64,000 nt of DNA, from NCBI GenBank assembly GCA_030141605.1, contig JAQGDQ010000243.1, positions 248,001 through 312,000 on the forward strand. The letters are read 5' to 3'. Position numbers and translations under genes: made by a program. The notes beneath the pieces were generated by a model. It saw only the letters and a program-made list of their open reading frames with translations. It ran no database searches and was not told the DNA's origin. Numbering within the stretch: position 1 is the stretch's first letter; every line of letters begins with the position of its first letter. Below are positions 29,705-44,000 of this stretch, piece after piece. Source of the stretch: Tubiluchus corallicola (taxonomy: Eukaryota; Animalia; Priapulida).

Positions 29705-32700
29705 TTAATGGCGAGGAGAGAATTCCTTACGATACAAAACTCTGCCATTAGATTCTACAAAGGTAAATGTGAACTCGTCCGCAGTCACTTCCACGTAACC
29801 AAAACCGCCCAGACTCAATACATTTGCCCAGAAAAACTTTGAAGAGTCCTCGGGTACACTGTCCTTGTGCTTTGTGGAATCTTCAATAAAATTGGCTGAA
29901 CCACTCACAAAGTATTGTACAGTCCAATTGTTATGAGCATATTCCAGATGCTGAAACAGATTCTCATAAATATAAGAAATGAAATTAATAGTTACACAAT
30001 ATAATATTGTCAATCTTCAAAGCAGCATCATGAGAAAGCATAAACATCATCATCATCATCATACGCCCGTCATGTCTATTGTAGACATTGGGCAGGCAGA
30101 ATTCTAAAATAAAAGAAATCTGCCTTCAGACAGGTAAAAGCAGTGCTGGACCTGGGTAGCAAATCGGTATACCACCGAGAAAATTCTCTCAGGCCGGATT
30201 TCATCTGTCAGACTGCTTTGAGGAAGGTTGTGTACGCCTTCGAACTTTCTACGTTTTGAAAAACAAAGTTATACAGGTCGCGACTGTTTGTGCATTTCCT
30301 AAATAATATGTGTAACATCATCATCATCATACGCCCGTCACGTCTATTGTAGACATTGGGCAGGCAGAATTCTAAAATAAAAGAAATCTGCCTTCAGACA
30401 GGTAAATGCAGCAGTAATCCAGCAAAAAAAAACTAGACACTGCTACGCCAGTGGCTTGTCAGCACCACTTCCATTACAAAGCACAAACATCACATTTATA
30501 CAAAAGTGCAAATAAGGGAACACTTCATACCTGCAAGTTATGATCGTGTCCAGACATATAGGCATTTACATGGTATTTATAGAGAAGCGGCTGCAGTCTT
30601 TTTAGGAGGCATTCAGTGGGGCCATGCTCAGCAATGGAATATACAGGATAATGACCAGCAACAATCAGATAGTCAGCACTAATTAAATAATACACAAAAT
30701 AAGAAAAAATACAGGATTTTATATAAGATCCTACTAGTACTATTTTAAACTGCAAATACCCTGCGATAGATCTGCATAGTAATATACTCAATCTCGTATA
30801 ATAAACCATGCTTGCCTTATTCCAAATAGATGGTGTTTTACTTATTCAAAATAAAATTTTCGAAAAATGAACAATATCAGGGATGAGAATGACAAATTGC
30901 AAAAAACTCTGAAACGGGCAGGGGGTTTTGGGGGCCACCTAGGCGAAGCCCCCTTGGAGCCAGCAACAAATTGCAATTTTGTGACCGTAGAGAACCTCTA
31001 AGTAGACTTAAAATATACCTTGTTTCATGCATAATTTAAAATACCCAACTATCAAGGACACATGATACCTAATTGTCTCAAGAATGCCTAAGTACTGGCC
31101 GCTCCTATGCAAAAGTATATAAAAACTGTCTGCAATTGACTCAAATAACTCCGCACAATTGATTCTATATTTTTATACATAGGGATATACACGTGGTTAC
31201 ACTGATGTACGTGATATAAACAAAGTGACGGCCTGCTAACTAGCGGTCAGCTTGTGAAATAATTGTACTGGGTCCGTAAAAATTTTCTGAAAGAATTTGC
31301 GCGATTTACAAAAATAGCACTACTGGTCTTCCAAAAACTCGGAATTCCGCGTATCCTCGGAAAATTCTCATCCCTGCAATATACACATTAAACAAGTGAT
31401 GTTGACCAACGAATAAAAGCTAAACAAATGAAAGCTAAATCATCTTTTCGCCTATTCTTCTGTTGAAGTCTCGTATGTGTCTTTCTTTAGAGTCTTCAGT
31501 CCATTCATTAATAGCACAAGAGAGTTAATTTCAGCCCCTTTTGCTCACTGTTATCAGTAATATTCAATCTCTTTTGTATGCTAAAAATCAATACTTAGAC
31601 AAAAATGCTCGATCGTTAAAGACAATGTAGATTCGGTACATTTTTTGTTTTCGAATTTTCTAGTTCATAATGCTGAGTGGATTCATAAATAATTTGAACT
31701 TTTCTTAAGTGACAATAAAGCCCAGTCGATGATGTGAAATAGTCCTAATAAGAATCAAAACTTCCGAGGAGTTTACCTGCTGCTGGCTAATCTATCTTCA
31801 ATCCACTTCCACTGATCTTCAGCCACTGTCATATTTTCTGGTCCACTAGGCTGATCCACAATGTTAAAGTCATGAGTATTCCCACACAAAAGAACTGTAT
31901 CTATCATGATGATGTCCATCTTAGCTGCAGATCCCGGAATCTTAAAGGAGATGTTATAGTAATAGTCGGGAAAATTCCTAGAAAAAATAATGGATAACAA
32001 TAAAACCGATAATGAGAAATAACGCACCAATAATTGTAAAATTTCAGTCCATTAATGTACTAGTTTTTCCTTTGACAAATCATAATTCTCGTAACATACA
32101 ACAGGGAGTATCAAGTGTTGGCTCAAACTTGATGAAACTGTGAGGTATTATGTTGCTTACTATACAGAAACGAAAGTTTGGTAACTTTTGACACTAACAG
32201 GATTTGTAATATGAATAGTAAGCTTGGCGGTCAAGATAGACATTAGCCAAAATTATAAAAAGTTCACTGATTTTAAATGTTCTACAACATTAAGAATTAC
32301 TAGAATTTATTACTGATTTGATAATAGTCACTTTATTAAAATAAGAGATGCTACCATAAAGCAGCACTAATAGCTAATTTTCAAGAAATAAGTAGTATGC
32401 CTGTAGCTGCAGTCGATTCTACAAGAGAAAGAACTGAATGAGAGAGAAGTATACCACAAGTTGATTAGTTAAAAATATAAGTTTGTATTACCAAAAATTT
32501 TTTGAATGTAGACCATCACTGGCTTCCGTTAATTCAATTATAATTTAAAGGACAAGAAAAGGGGTACTGAAGTAGGTTTCAGAAAAATCGTCTTAAAAAA
32601 TTATGTTACTTTATAGCAGTTTTATGCGTATATCTTACTCGCACTGAAAGGAATTTTAGTTTGTCTTCATTTTAAATCTCCCGCAATACTGTTCCGAAGT

Positions 32701-34836
32701 CATCATTACATGACGTCATGTACCAAATGTAAATCAAGGGAAGAAAGGGCAATGTTAAATTGTCTCAAAAGACTTTCCGTGCAAATCTATATTACTTAGA
32801 TTTTCGCTTACCTGCTATAAAGACTTATGTAACTAGAAAAGAAAATTATTAATTATTTAATATGTTTTCACCAGTTGGTAAAATGTCGCTGACTCACCCT
32901 CCAGGGTGCACCACTCACTAACCAAAAAACGTATTTTTAATCTTATTGACAAGATACAGTAATTTTAAATTTTATTTAGTTAGTGACTTGTGCGCTACGA
33001 ATGCTCTGATAATTTTTTCAAACTTTACAAAATGTTACCTAAACTTGTTTCAAATGACATGTCGTCAAAATGGCTGCGTCTAACGATAATAGCGGGAGTT
33101 TAAATTTACATGTTTTAAACAGCGTGACTGCCGATTGAAGTCCGGCACGCAAAAAGGTAGTACGTAAGCGATATATAATTTCAAAACAAATTTTTTAAGC
33201 TTTATGTTTATGAAGGGATTTCTTGTGCCTTAAGTAAACAATGCAATGTATATTAAAATTGCAACATTTGGTATGATGGTATCAATAGAAGAGAAGTATT
33301 GTAAGCTGTAAGTAGATTTGTTTTGACCATAACTGACGATAAACAAGAATGATAGTATTTTCAATTTTGATTCCAACAAAGCAAAAAGAAACCCTATATC
33401 AGCACAAAACATTTGCTGTACGTAAACGAAGTAACTGATTAGAATGCAATAGTTTTTTAAGCCTTTTTCCACCGATTACTACAAGTGGCAAACCACTAAG
33501 AATATATTAACTTACCATCGTTTTGCTTTTGATGAGTAGTCGATCTGAGCAGATACGTTGCCATAGTGATCATGATTACCAGCAACCAGGTACCATGGTA
33601 AATGTAAAGATGGAGCAGTAAAAACATCTTCATAAGTTTCCTAAAATAACAGGCAAGTAGTTGGATTAAAAATAAACTTGAAAACAATACAAAGCGATTT
33701 CAGGTAAAGCATTCATCGGGTAAACTTGAACAAAATTTTCGTTTCACCAAATATATATATATATATATATATACGTTTATTGACTGATTAAGAGATAGTC
33801 AAACATGATATTTTGGTTCAGTCCATAGATCACTACAAAAAAGGCCTTTTGATCATATAACGTGATCATTACTGTCGAAAAATAACTGAAGAATTATTTG
33901 CAAATTCTCACTACACACTTATTATCGCCTAACATGATCATTACTGTCTAAAAACAGCTCAAGGGTTATTTTCCAATTCACGATAAACACTTTTGATCAC
34001 ATAACATGATCATTACTGTCCAAAAATCACTAAAGAGTTATTTACAAATTCACAATATGACATTGGATTTCCATTGAAAAATTCATGCAGATCGCTGAAG
34101 TTTAGTTCAGTGTTATCTTCACGAAGGTGATTCGTAAGTGGACAAAAACAGATAACTAGATATTCATCTAGTGGTTTAGCAACTTTTTCAAATTAACACT
34201 GTGTGCTCAAAACTGTGCTGTGGATTAGCATTTAGGATAATTAATGTTGGGCACACTTGGCTAAAATTATATAAATTTTCTTTTCTTAATACCAGAAGCC
34301 GGTTTCGTTTAATACTAAATTTGTACTTTCAACTGTTACAAAGTTGTTTATTGTGTAGCTATGTTGCTGTTTGAGTTGTTGAGGACAGTCCATTTTGTTA
34401 CATGTCAGCTGCATCACAAATACGTAAGAGCTTGTCTGCTGAGGTCTGTTGCTGCTGCTGAACAAACAAACCGAGGTGTGTTTGTCAAAAATTCAAATAC
34501 AATTGTAGAAAACATGTATGAAGAGCACGAAATTACATTCTAATCAAGAGCTGAATTCAGAGAAATAATTTTTTAAAAGTGGAGAGACCGAATTTCTAAT
34601 AAAAACTAAACAAAAAGAAGAAAGCCATACTTTAAAACGCTGGTCGCTCAGCTGCTTAACTCCATTGAAATAAAAGTTATCACCCAGTGCCAGTAAACAG
34701 TGAATGTCAAGCGTGTCGGCAAGTTTTCCTAAACGATTTGCAACAGCATTCTCCACAAATGTTCTATAAGGAAATTCGGGAAGTCCACCCCAATCTCCAA
34801 TGACAAAAAATCTCAAACTATCTTCATTTTGCTTTG
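29705..34836 (-). CDS. ACP5: Tartrate-resistant (purple) acid phosphatase type 5
   Basis: In-phase exons 34836-34631, 33640-33516, 31977-31777, 30678-30531, 29950-29705. Metal-ligand motifs GDWG, GDNFY, GNHDH, VAGHYP and GHDHN. The signal-peptide exon is unresolved (candidate MRTFVLYLSAYVCGAF starting near 35828). Confidence 0.93.
30043..30406 (-). mobile_element. Two tandem 5'-truncated LINE 3' ends (RTE-like) with (GAT)n tails
   Basis: A ~90-bp direct repeat catcatcatcatacgcccgtca.gtctattgtagacattgggc...cagacaggtaaa at ~30043 and ~30314. Confidence 0.55.
30878..31376. mobile_element. CAGGGATGAGAAT-TIR MITE (hAT-like), 6-bp TSD, copy 1
   Basis: 13-bp TIR; TSD caatat; opposite orientation to copies 2 and 3. 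Confidence 0.88.
32549..33229. mobile_element. Kolobok-like MITE, TTAA TSD, copy 1
   Basis: TTAA|aggacaagaaa...tttcttgtgcc|TTAA; near-identical to 46095-46780. Confidence 0.85.
33847..34055. repeat. Degenerate ~72-bp tandem repeat x3
   Basis: gatcattactgtc core at ~33865, ~33936 and ~34008. Confidence 0.7.
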
Positions 34837-37800
34837 CTGAAATTTAAAATAACTGATTCAAATGGACGAATTTGTTATTATGCGGGGGTGGCATTAAATT
34901 TTAACAACTTTAGAATAAAAGAGGCAAGATAAAAAGAGAACGGAAAGAAAGGTTAAACAATAGAAAAACAAGAAAAAGTGTGAGATATATGGGTCGAGGA
35001 ACAAAAAGGAGGGAAAGACAAACAAACAGTAACAGAAGAAGAACGCAAGAGATAATGGGACAACCAGTGAAAGGAGGAAATGCAGGAATGCAATAAAAAA
35101 GAAAGAGGCATATTTAGAAAAAAAACTGAATGAATAGCGATTTGCATAAGGCTGTTTTTGGACTGCAGGCATGTTGCCATGGCAGCACTTGGGTGACAAG
35201 TGTCATTTTATTAGGTTTCTCCTGATTTCCAAACTAATGTCCATCCATTCTAGTAGCCGTAGTTGATTTAGTTCATTTGGAGACATTTTCATTAATTGAA
35301 TTAGTGTAAATCAGACTAAAGACAAGATTTTCTGATTCATTATTGTTAATTTCATAGTATGCTGGTATAAAATTTCTATGATTCACTTTTTAGTGTCTAT
35401 CACATTGTCCTCAAGACAACTAGCACGTCAATCATCAAGTTATCGTAACACATTAATTTCTGTCGAAAAAAGGTATCTCATGGAGAATGGTTTGACTCAC
35501 AATGCTTGGCACTATTGCTTGACACTGGTCACGAAAACAGCAATTACACTTCCATCGATCAAACTTATGGAATCACACTACTTTTCAAATAATAATGATT
35601 ATGACTTACGATAAGAAGAAACAAAGCAATTTATAAATTCATAGTCATAGCACCTATAATCATTGTTGCTTAGTAACACTGTTTACAGATTACAGCAAAC
35701 GCTCTGTGAGCAAAAGCGTTTGACAAATATGTTATGAAGGCCTGACAGCACAGAGCATGTCAGGTTCCGTGTGGAAGACCAAAAGCACCGCAGACATATG
35801 CTGACAAATACAAAACGAAGGTACGCATTTGTTATTTTACTTTTATCAATGGTTGTTATATTGTTAACTACCGTAGTACGAAATTACCGTTAATTATAAA
35901 TCCGGAATTTTTCCTAACCAGTAAGCTCAAAAATATAAACAGCAAAACAGAAAGCCGTTCCGCGCTATTCATTTTAATTAGCGTTTAATATTTTCAATCT
36001 ACTTGTTACAAAATAGTATAATCTTGATTCTTATAAAAACTTGAACACAAAATACTGAGCAGTATCTTCCTACTGTTTACTTTTGAGGGTCACGTGCATA
36101 AAGTTAAAGATAAGTACATCAGTAGCGTAACCTATGAGCAAAAAAATAAAAAGTTCATAATTCTCGTTGAGAAATGTGCCTCCAGATGGCACGGAAACCA
36201 CTCCATTCAGAAGTAGGTAACTTCCATGTGGTTAGTGAATCTCAAGTTTTTTCATAAATATTTATCAGTTTTTATAATATCGTGTCTTCTTGATTCCACC
36301 CCGGTTTTTATTATTTCTTTGTGTTTTTTCAGTGACTCGTACATTTTTTTATTTTCTCCAATTAGTTTAACATAAAAAAAAACACGCACTGGACTACGTT
36401 TACAAAATTCACAGGGTACACACCAGATCGGGTTTTTGTGTAACTTGTCACCATCGGGTCAAAGGTCACGGAGCTGGCAGGTCTTCTTTTTTTGTTAGGC
36501 TGGATCTCCTCCTACAGTTTTTGAGTTAGGGCCACAATTTTTGGTATATAGCTAGGTGGGACATGTTGTGCATGGTTGAATATGAGCCTTATGGGAAAAT
36601 TTTTCGGTAGGGGGCAAAAACCAAAATCGAGGGAGTCGGGGACATGAATACTTCCAGTGTCGAGTAACAGTAGTGTGTAATATATCAAATGAGTGGAATA
36701 GTATGAGGAACTAATAATAGTAATATATCTGTTACTTAATCTAAGATTAGGAACTATCTTAGGAAGTGCAAGTGCTCACGTAATTCATTTTTTCTAAAAA
36801 ATGGAGCATGAAAAACAACACTTTTGTTAATTTAATAAATATATGTGACCAATCAACTCAGGATCCTAAGATCATCATTTCTACAATGAAAGATCTCAGT
36901 GACACAAATCGAATGACATGAGTTTCGCCAATTTTGGTGGATGATGGACCTCAATATCGCAGGTTAAATGTAAAAAGTCCAATTTCAATTTGTTAAATTT
37001 TCGCGAAACATCATCGAGAAAAAACGTCTGCTTGGGCATGTTATGAGAACGTTTAAGGGAGTTCTATAGCTCTTTAGAAAGAGAAAGAGCTGGACTACAA
37101 AACGATGCAAGTTTTTCCTGAAAACACCTAAACAAGAGCGAACATTTTTCGACTAATTCCATGCAAAATAGCAGAAATTTTGCATCTCAAACTCGATTCT
37201 GGGTGTGGCACAACATGTGTGATATCACACAATGTTTTTGCAATGTCGCCGATATATCATTTGTTAGATAAACAAATTTGTGCAGGTAAGTGTGTTGACT
37301 TTCCATGTGAAAATTTTGGGTTCTGTTCCCACTTAAAGCTTTTTGTTTCGTGCGTCTTTTACCTCCTTTTTCTACTCACACTGTTTAGAAAATATGCAAA
37401 ATGCTTCTGTCTGGTTTAGCTAGTTCCCAAAGTTAAAATGTTATTTAATTCTTATTTTCCTTAAAATGGGGTTGAATGTGCAAATGCAATACTATGGATG
37501 GTAAAGTTAATTATCTTGTAATTTTCTGCAACTTGCTAATAACTTGCAAAGAAATTACCTGTGTGATCATGTTGAGTGCTTGCTTACAAAGGAAAGCAAC
37601 ACAAGAAATAGTTAATAATTAGATTGGTGACTTGGTAACCTGTCAAAAAATTTTGCTTTCCATTTTACTAAAACAAAATGCAATTTCTAAGCTCTCAAAC
37701 ATGGCGAATTCAATGGAGACAATATTATACCCTTCACAACCTTCAGTTACGGACCACTGGTGAAAATGTGACAAGTTCCAACTGGTGAAGAAGTATAGAA

Positions 37801-38090
37801 TAGAACAAAATTTATTTTTACCTGTGACAAGTTCCAAATTCACTGAAGTATCTTAATGTCGAGCAGGACATTACTTGCATATATAATAATAACTATTTTG
37901 AAAAACATTTTTCATTTTAAAAACAACACTCACGTAAAGCATCTCCTGTCACAGAAGCACAATCTTACCACAGTTTTTGGCACCGTCAAAAATGCATACT
38001 AATTTTCTTTGTAACAACAAAAGCGATAATTTTTTTTCGTAATTTTTGTTGTTACATTCAGATTTCCTGAACTTCTGTTTATATCCAATC

Positions 38091-41000
38091 ATGGAATTTC
38101 AAGCTGTTGTAATGGCTGCTGGCAGAGGATCACGTATGGTAGATATCACATCAAAAATTCCGAAGGCTTTGCTTCCACTGGGAAATTTACCGATGTTGTG
38201 GTATCCCTTGAACATGTTGGAGAGAAATGGATTTGAAGGTACCCGTCGTTGTTCATTTAATCAATAGTAATAATGATTTGTCAATGTAAGTATGAATTAG
38301 TATTAAAAATTGTTAAATAATCATTCCTGAGCATAAATTTAAAAACTCATAAAGTTAAGCAGTCAGTTTTAGACGTTTGATAAGGGATGATAATTTTTTA
38401 AGCTTGTATCTGTCGATGATAAGTCTTTGCTGCTTTCATCCAAAACTGCCTCTTTAGAAAAAATGACAGCACAAATTAACTGGCGTGAATAACATCAGAT
38501 TATCGTGCCGGTGAGCTTAGTTTTATATCAGCAACGTTTTTCTGACTGTGAAGTTTGTCTGAGGTGAGTTACCATATTTTCATAACAAAAAAAACTTTAT
38601 AATTACCTTATACAATTGTCTTGAGTAGTATTATTGAGAAAAAACTCGGAAACAAAGAAAACTAATGGAAGAACAAGTGCGCAATGTAACAGTAGTAACA
38701 AAATGCTCTTATTGAAAATGGGGCCATTGCTATAACAGTTGCTATCTAGTAATGTTGTCTTTGTTTTCAGAAGCAATTGTGATTGTCTTAGCATCTCAGA
38801 AAAAAGATGTCCATGTGTCACTTTCACTGTGCAACTTACACATAAAGTGGGAGCTAGTCGGCATACCTGATGATCAAGATTTTGGGACCGCGGATTCATT
38901 GCGCTTCATTAGTGACAAGATTAATGTACGTGTGAATGTGAATATCCGCAGCATGGTGTATTCTCACCTGCTTGCACCAGTTCACCATTTCGTACGCTGA
39001 TATACTGATTTCATACATACACATGTCCAAATAAGAAAGTAATGTTACTGTACAATCTTAGATATAACTATGTCGTAGTGTTTAACAGTTTTGCTGTGTT
39101 GGCATTTTTCGGCATAATACATACACATCAAAAAAATCTTCACCGGAACTTTATATTTTTCATAGTACATTGGACAATACTATAAAAAGAAAATACAGTA
39201 TCATGTAGCTAACGATTACTTCCATGAGTAGTTTCATGAGTTTCTTTTTAAATGTTTCAAATTTTGTAATATTACTCAATTCAATTTTGATTGCATACAG
39301 TTGTAATGCTTGCTTGCCCTGACTAAACCGTCTTGTGCCAGAATCAGATTTTGCAGTAAGAATAAAAAGTAAATTTGACTGTCTAGTGGATAATACACTA
39401 AAAAGCCTTGTTGATACTTTTTGCAGATTTCTCTAAAGAAAGAATTCACAGTTAAACTATTATGTCTATAATTAGGTATAATAGTATATTATATTAGGTA
39501 TAATTAGGTATAATTATTGTATATTGTATCTTTCATAGTAATTAATAAGCTTTATAGGCTTAGCCAGACTAATATGACTTTTTATAGCAATATTGTAAAC
39601 TTTAAAGCATATTAACATGTAACTTACAATACTGGGGTTTATTTGATGTCAATAAGTGAGGTACTTCTTGTAAAATAAATCTGACTTATTGCGGTATAAA
39701 AACCTAAATGTCGACCAGTTTTTAGGAAATACTCCTAGATTTCAAGTTTTGAAAACTTTTCAATGCACACCAATTCATTTAATTCTGAGAGCAATTTGTG
39801 TTTCGTACAGTCGCACATAATATTTTTCAACTTTTTGTACTGTCTGTAACTTGTTGTGCAAAATGTTTGACTTATCTGCTTTTTTCATTGTCGATAAATT
39901 AGAATTATCTTTTTTAGAACTTGTTAATATAATATTTCTGTCTTTGGGCTGTACATTATTACTGAAGTTTCTTTTTCTTTACTATAGAGCGATGTACTAA
40001 TAATCAGTAGTGATCTGATCACAGATGTGCAGCTCCACCTACTGGCAGACGTTCACCGAATGCACGATGCTACTGTTACGACTTTGTTAAGCACGGTTCC
40101 GCAAAGCTTCACAGAGTCTGTTCCTCCAGGACCTAAATCAAAGAAAAAAGTTATAGGTATTGTTAATTTTATGGCAGTTTTACTAAGTTTACAGTGCTGC
40201 ACAGTGTGGTACTACAGTATCTTATATTTTCCGTAAACTATAGCTTTGCTTTGTTCATGAAGAAAATAGTGAAAAAAATTTGGGCAGGCTGATGGTGAAG
40301 TAATCCAGCTCCATTACTAGTTTGAGATGGGTTTATGATTTAATGTACTTTTAAATACTGTTTACTTACTAGTGTAGTGTAATTATGTAGTTACTAGTTA
40401 TTTCACTTTCATTCTGTAGCCTTTGTTTATAGCACTAGACAAAAATACAGCATGGTGTAGCATTAGTCTTTCTAAGCCTCACCACTGCCAATCAAACCTC
40501 ATTTATCTTTAGGCTTAAGAAATAACTTGTGTGATAGAATGCTATGGAATTGAATCAGTAAAAAATTGAAATAAACATTTTTCTAAATCTCTTTCATTAG
40601 GAAATTGTATATTACAGAACGAGATCTTTTTGGCCTAGATGCTAAAACTGGCAATAGACTTGTGCTGATGGGAGCTGAAGCAGACTTTGAAAAAACAGTG
40701 GATATTCGAAAATCTGTTCTTAAAAGGTGAATATTTCAAGAAGTGTAGGTTTTTCACTACTCTGCAGATCATTATCTTAATTCTTAGAAGCAACTTATGT
40801 TTTGACTACTGTTGTGGCGATCGCTGGCATCTATTAGAATTACATAGAACATTGTAGAATGTTCCGTTAGAATAATCGTCTTACCATGTAGAATATTCTA
40901 GAAAGACTCATCTAGAATGTTCCCTGGCACGCTCTATAAGGCAAAGCAGGCCGCTGACAGACACACACAGATTCACACGGACGCCACTTACGCATTCTCT

Positions 41001-44000
41001 TGTATACTTACATTTTCAGATACACTCAAACGTTTTCCAGATTTTCACGTTTAGCGTAATCATTTCGTGTTCCTTCATACTTTTGTGTTCTAGAATTCTC
41101 GCTTAATAAACTAGTTTAATTTGACGAAGTGTTTTCTGGTTTTCTCTACGAGCCTTCCGAGAGAAACAAAACACAACAACTACTTTTCTTCGAAGAACAA
41201 ATTCGGTCAGTTTCATGAAGCACAAAACTTTCAGTGTTGAATGCAAAAACATAAAAAAATATTCGCAAGGAACCTTTTTTGATGTGCAGTTTCCATAGCA
41301 ACTCATGAGAGCACTTATACCATTCAATATACTTATACCTGATACACTGAAAGTGAGAAATGTCATTTAAACACACCATATATGCTTATTTAAAACAATG
41401 GATGTTGGCCTTTGGGAGACAGTTGTTGCCAGTGATTGATCTATTCCTGAGCCTCACAAATTCATTTGTTCGTTAAGTTGAAAATTGAGTAATAACTTAC
41501 TTACATGAATCATATTTTTGTAAATAGAATTCATTCATTTATTTAATAACGTCATTATAAAACATTTGTAAATTTTTTTCTTGCTTTGGTCTTCGTTCTT
41601 TCAGGCAGTATTGCTACAGTAACTGTAAATGCAAGTCCAGCAGCATTCTTACTACATCATTGCTTACGATGTTGTTGTTAAAGAAACTATCAAACAGGGA
41701 TAAGAATTTTCCGCAGATGCGCGGAATTCCGAGTTTTTGGAAGACCAGTAGTGCCATTTTTGTAAGTCGCGTAAATTCGTTGAGAAAATTTTTCGGGGTT
41801 GAACCTCATTTTCGTCGAAATCGTAACCGAAACTTTCAGTAGCATTTTTCGAGGTATTTATCCAGCTTACCTTTTATCTCCTAGGTGTATCGCTGAAAAA
41901 TTTTGGCTAAAATAGTTCAAATAAAGCGTAAATATCGTTTATTTGATAATCTGTACGATTTGTAGCATGGCTTTTACGGCAATGCGGCATAACTTCATTG
42001 CTGAAAAATGTGAAGCTTTGAGGCCTCCAGACACAAACAACCGAAATACCAAAGCGTAATTTGAATAAAACCAAATTTAATTTTATAATTTATGAAATAT
42101 AGGCAACAAAATATATACAAAATAAAATTTGTTAATATTTTGAAGCTTCACGATCATGTGTATCATGTATCCTTGATAGTTGGGTATTTTATTTGGGCAT
42201 GAAACAAGGTATTTGATATTTTAAGTCCACTTAGAGGCTCTCTATGGTCACAAAATTGCAATTTGTCGCTGGGTGTGCTTTGCCCCTCACCCCATTGGGG
42301 GCCTAGGCGGCTCCAAAACCCCCCGCCTGTTTCAGAGTTTTTTGCAATTTGTCATTCTCATCCCTGATCAAAGCTGCAGTGGTTACTAAAAACATTGTCA
42401 GCATAATATCTAGCCTGCATTTTCCGTATTTTCTCGAATAAAACCAGGCTAAATGTTTTGTTGCCTAACAGAATTTCACAGCTTGTCTCACGAACGAAGC
42501 CAATAAGTATAATAAGATTGCTATCTTTTAAATTTGATTTTAATTTAAAAACTTTGTAAAACTATTAAAACTGTAAAATGTTTAAGGCTTTACTTAGTAA
42601 GAAAAACAATGTTAATGCAATTGTTGCATTATGTTTATGACATGTGAAACAGTAATAATTTTTTGTCTTTGTTTTTCAGATTTCCTCATATAGTCGTACA
42701 CTCTAGGTTTATTGATGGCCATTTATATCTCATGAAAAAATCTGTGATTGATTTTTTAGTGCTGAACAAGTAAGTGATGTCATTTTTTGTACAATATTTT
42801 TCATTCATATGATTGCTTTTTTAGCATTTTTCTTCATTTAATTTTGCACTTTTTAATGTCTGATTTTACACTTTCTAGGGTTAGGGTTAGGGTTGGGTTA
42901 GGGTTAGGGTTAGGGTTGGGTTAGGGTTGGGTTAGGGTTAGATTAGGGTTGGGTTAGGTTAGGATTAGGTTAGTTAGGTTAGGGTTGGGTTAGGGTTAGG
43001 GGTTAGGGTTGGGTTAGGATTAGGGTTGGGTTAGGGTTAGGGTTAAGGTTAGGGTTAGGGTTGGGTTGGCTTGGGTTAGGGTAAGTCTGACACCCTGTAA
43101 TACTTGATCTAGCACACAGCATCAGAGTCCAGTTAATATAGATAGCTGTGGCAGAACTGTAACCTAACAGATTATCAATGATAAACGCTTAAGGTAATTC
43201 AAGAAAAGAAATCAGTAGCACCCATTTTGAATAGAGACATGATTTATATCACAAATGATGTTTCTTATATATGCATTTTAATGAATTATTGTATTTGTTT
43301 CAGGAATATAAGTAGTATCAAAGGTGAACTAATACCTTGCTTAGTCAAGCAACAATTCTCTCATAACAAAAACAAGTCACAGCAGTCAAAAGACGAATCC
43401 AATACTGTTGAAGCATTGAGAGGTATCGATAAAATATTGAAAAATATTTGGAAGCCTTTATAAGAGTACTTTGAATTGAAAATTTATTGGGTGATTAATG
43501 TGAAAAACTGTTTGCTAGAGATTTAAGTTGTTTTGATCACTTGCCATGTGAATGCACAATAATATATATCAATTTTAGAAAATAGCATTGTACTTATAGC
43601 AGTGATAAAGTGTTTTTGATGTTGCATTATAGTGTAATACCTTTGCTTATTGATTCGGTTAACAATCTTGAAAGCTAGTCATTAACATTTGCCTCCATGC
43701 CAGTTACTTTTTGCATAAAGCAAAGAACAAGTACCCACTTAACAGCAATCTTGTACAGTTTTTGCTTTTACATTAGCTCTTATATACTACTGACACACAA
43801 TGTTGTTCTAATTTCAGCTGACTCATTTAGTACTCCGGGAGATCCGTTACTAGAATTTGCTCTGAAAATGTCCACTTCAGCGGTCTCACAAGTCGGCAAA
43901 GATATAAACAATGTCAGGTGCTATGCACATGTCATGAAAGATGGTCTCTGTATACGGGCAAACACCTTAGCCGCATATTCGGAAATAAACAGACAGGTGA

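Noticed and set aside
34894-35199. Phe/Leu-rich membrane protein ORF
   Set aside because: Low-complexity purine tract in an ACP5 intron or upstream region
35730-35770. Iron-responsive element near ACP5
   Set aside because: The CAGAGC loop lacks the 5-bp upper stem with a bulged C and is on the wrong strand
42875-43081. True chromosome end, or a functional link to nearby PIF1
   Set aside because: Short, degenerate and inside an intron with in-phase exons on both sides; proximity to PIF1 has no mechanistic support
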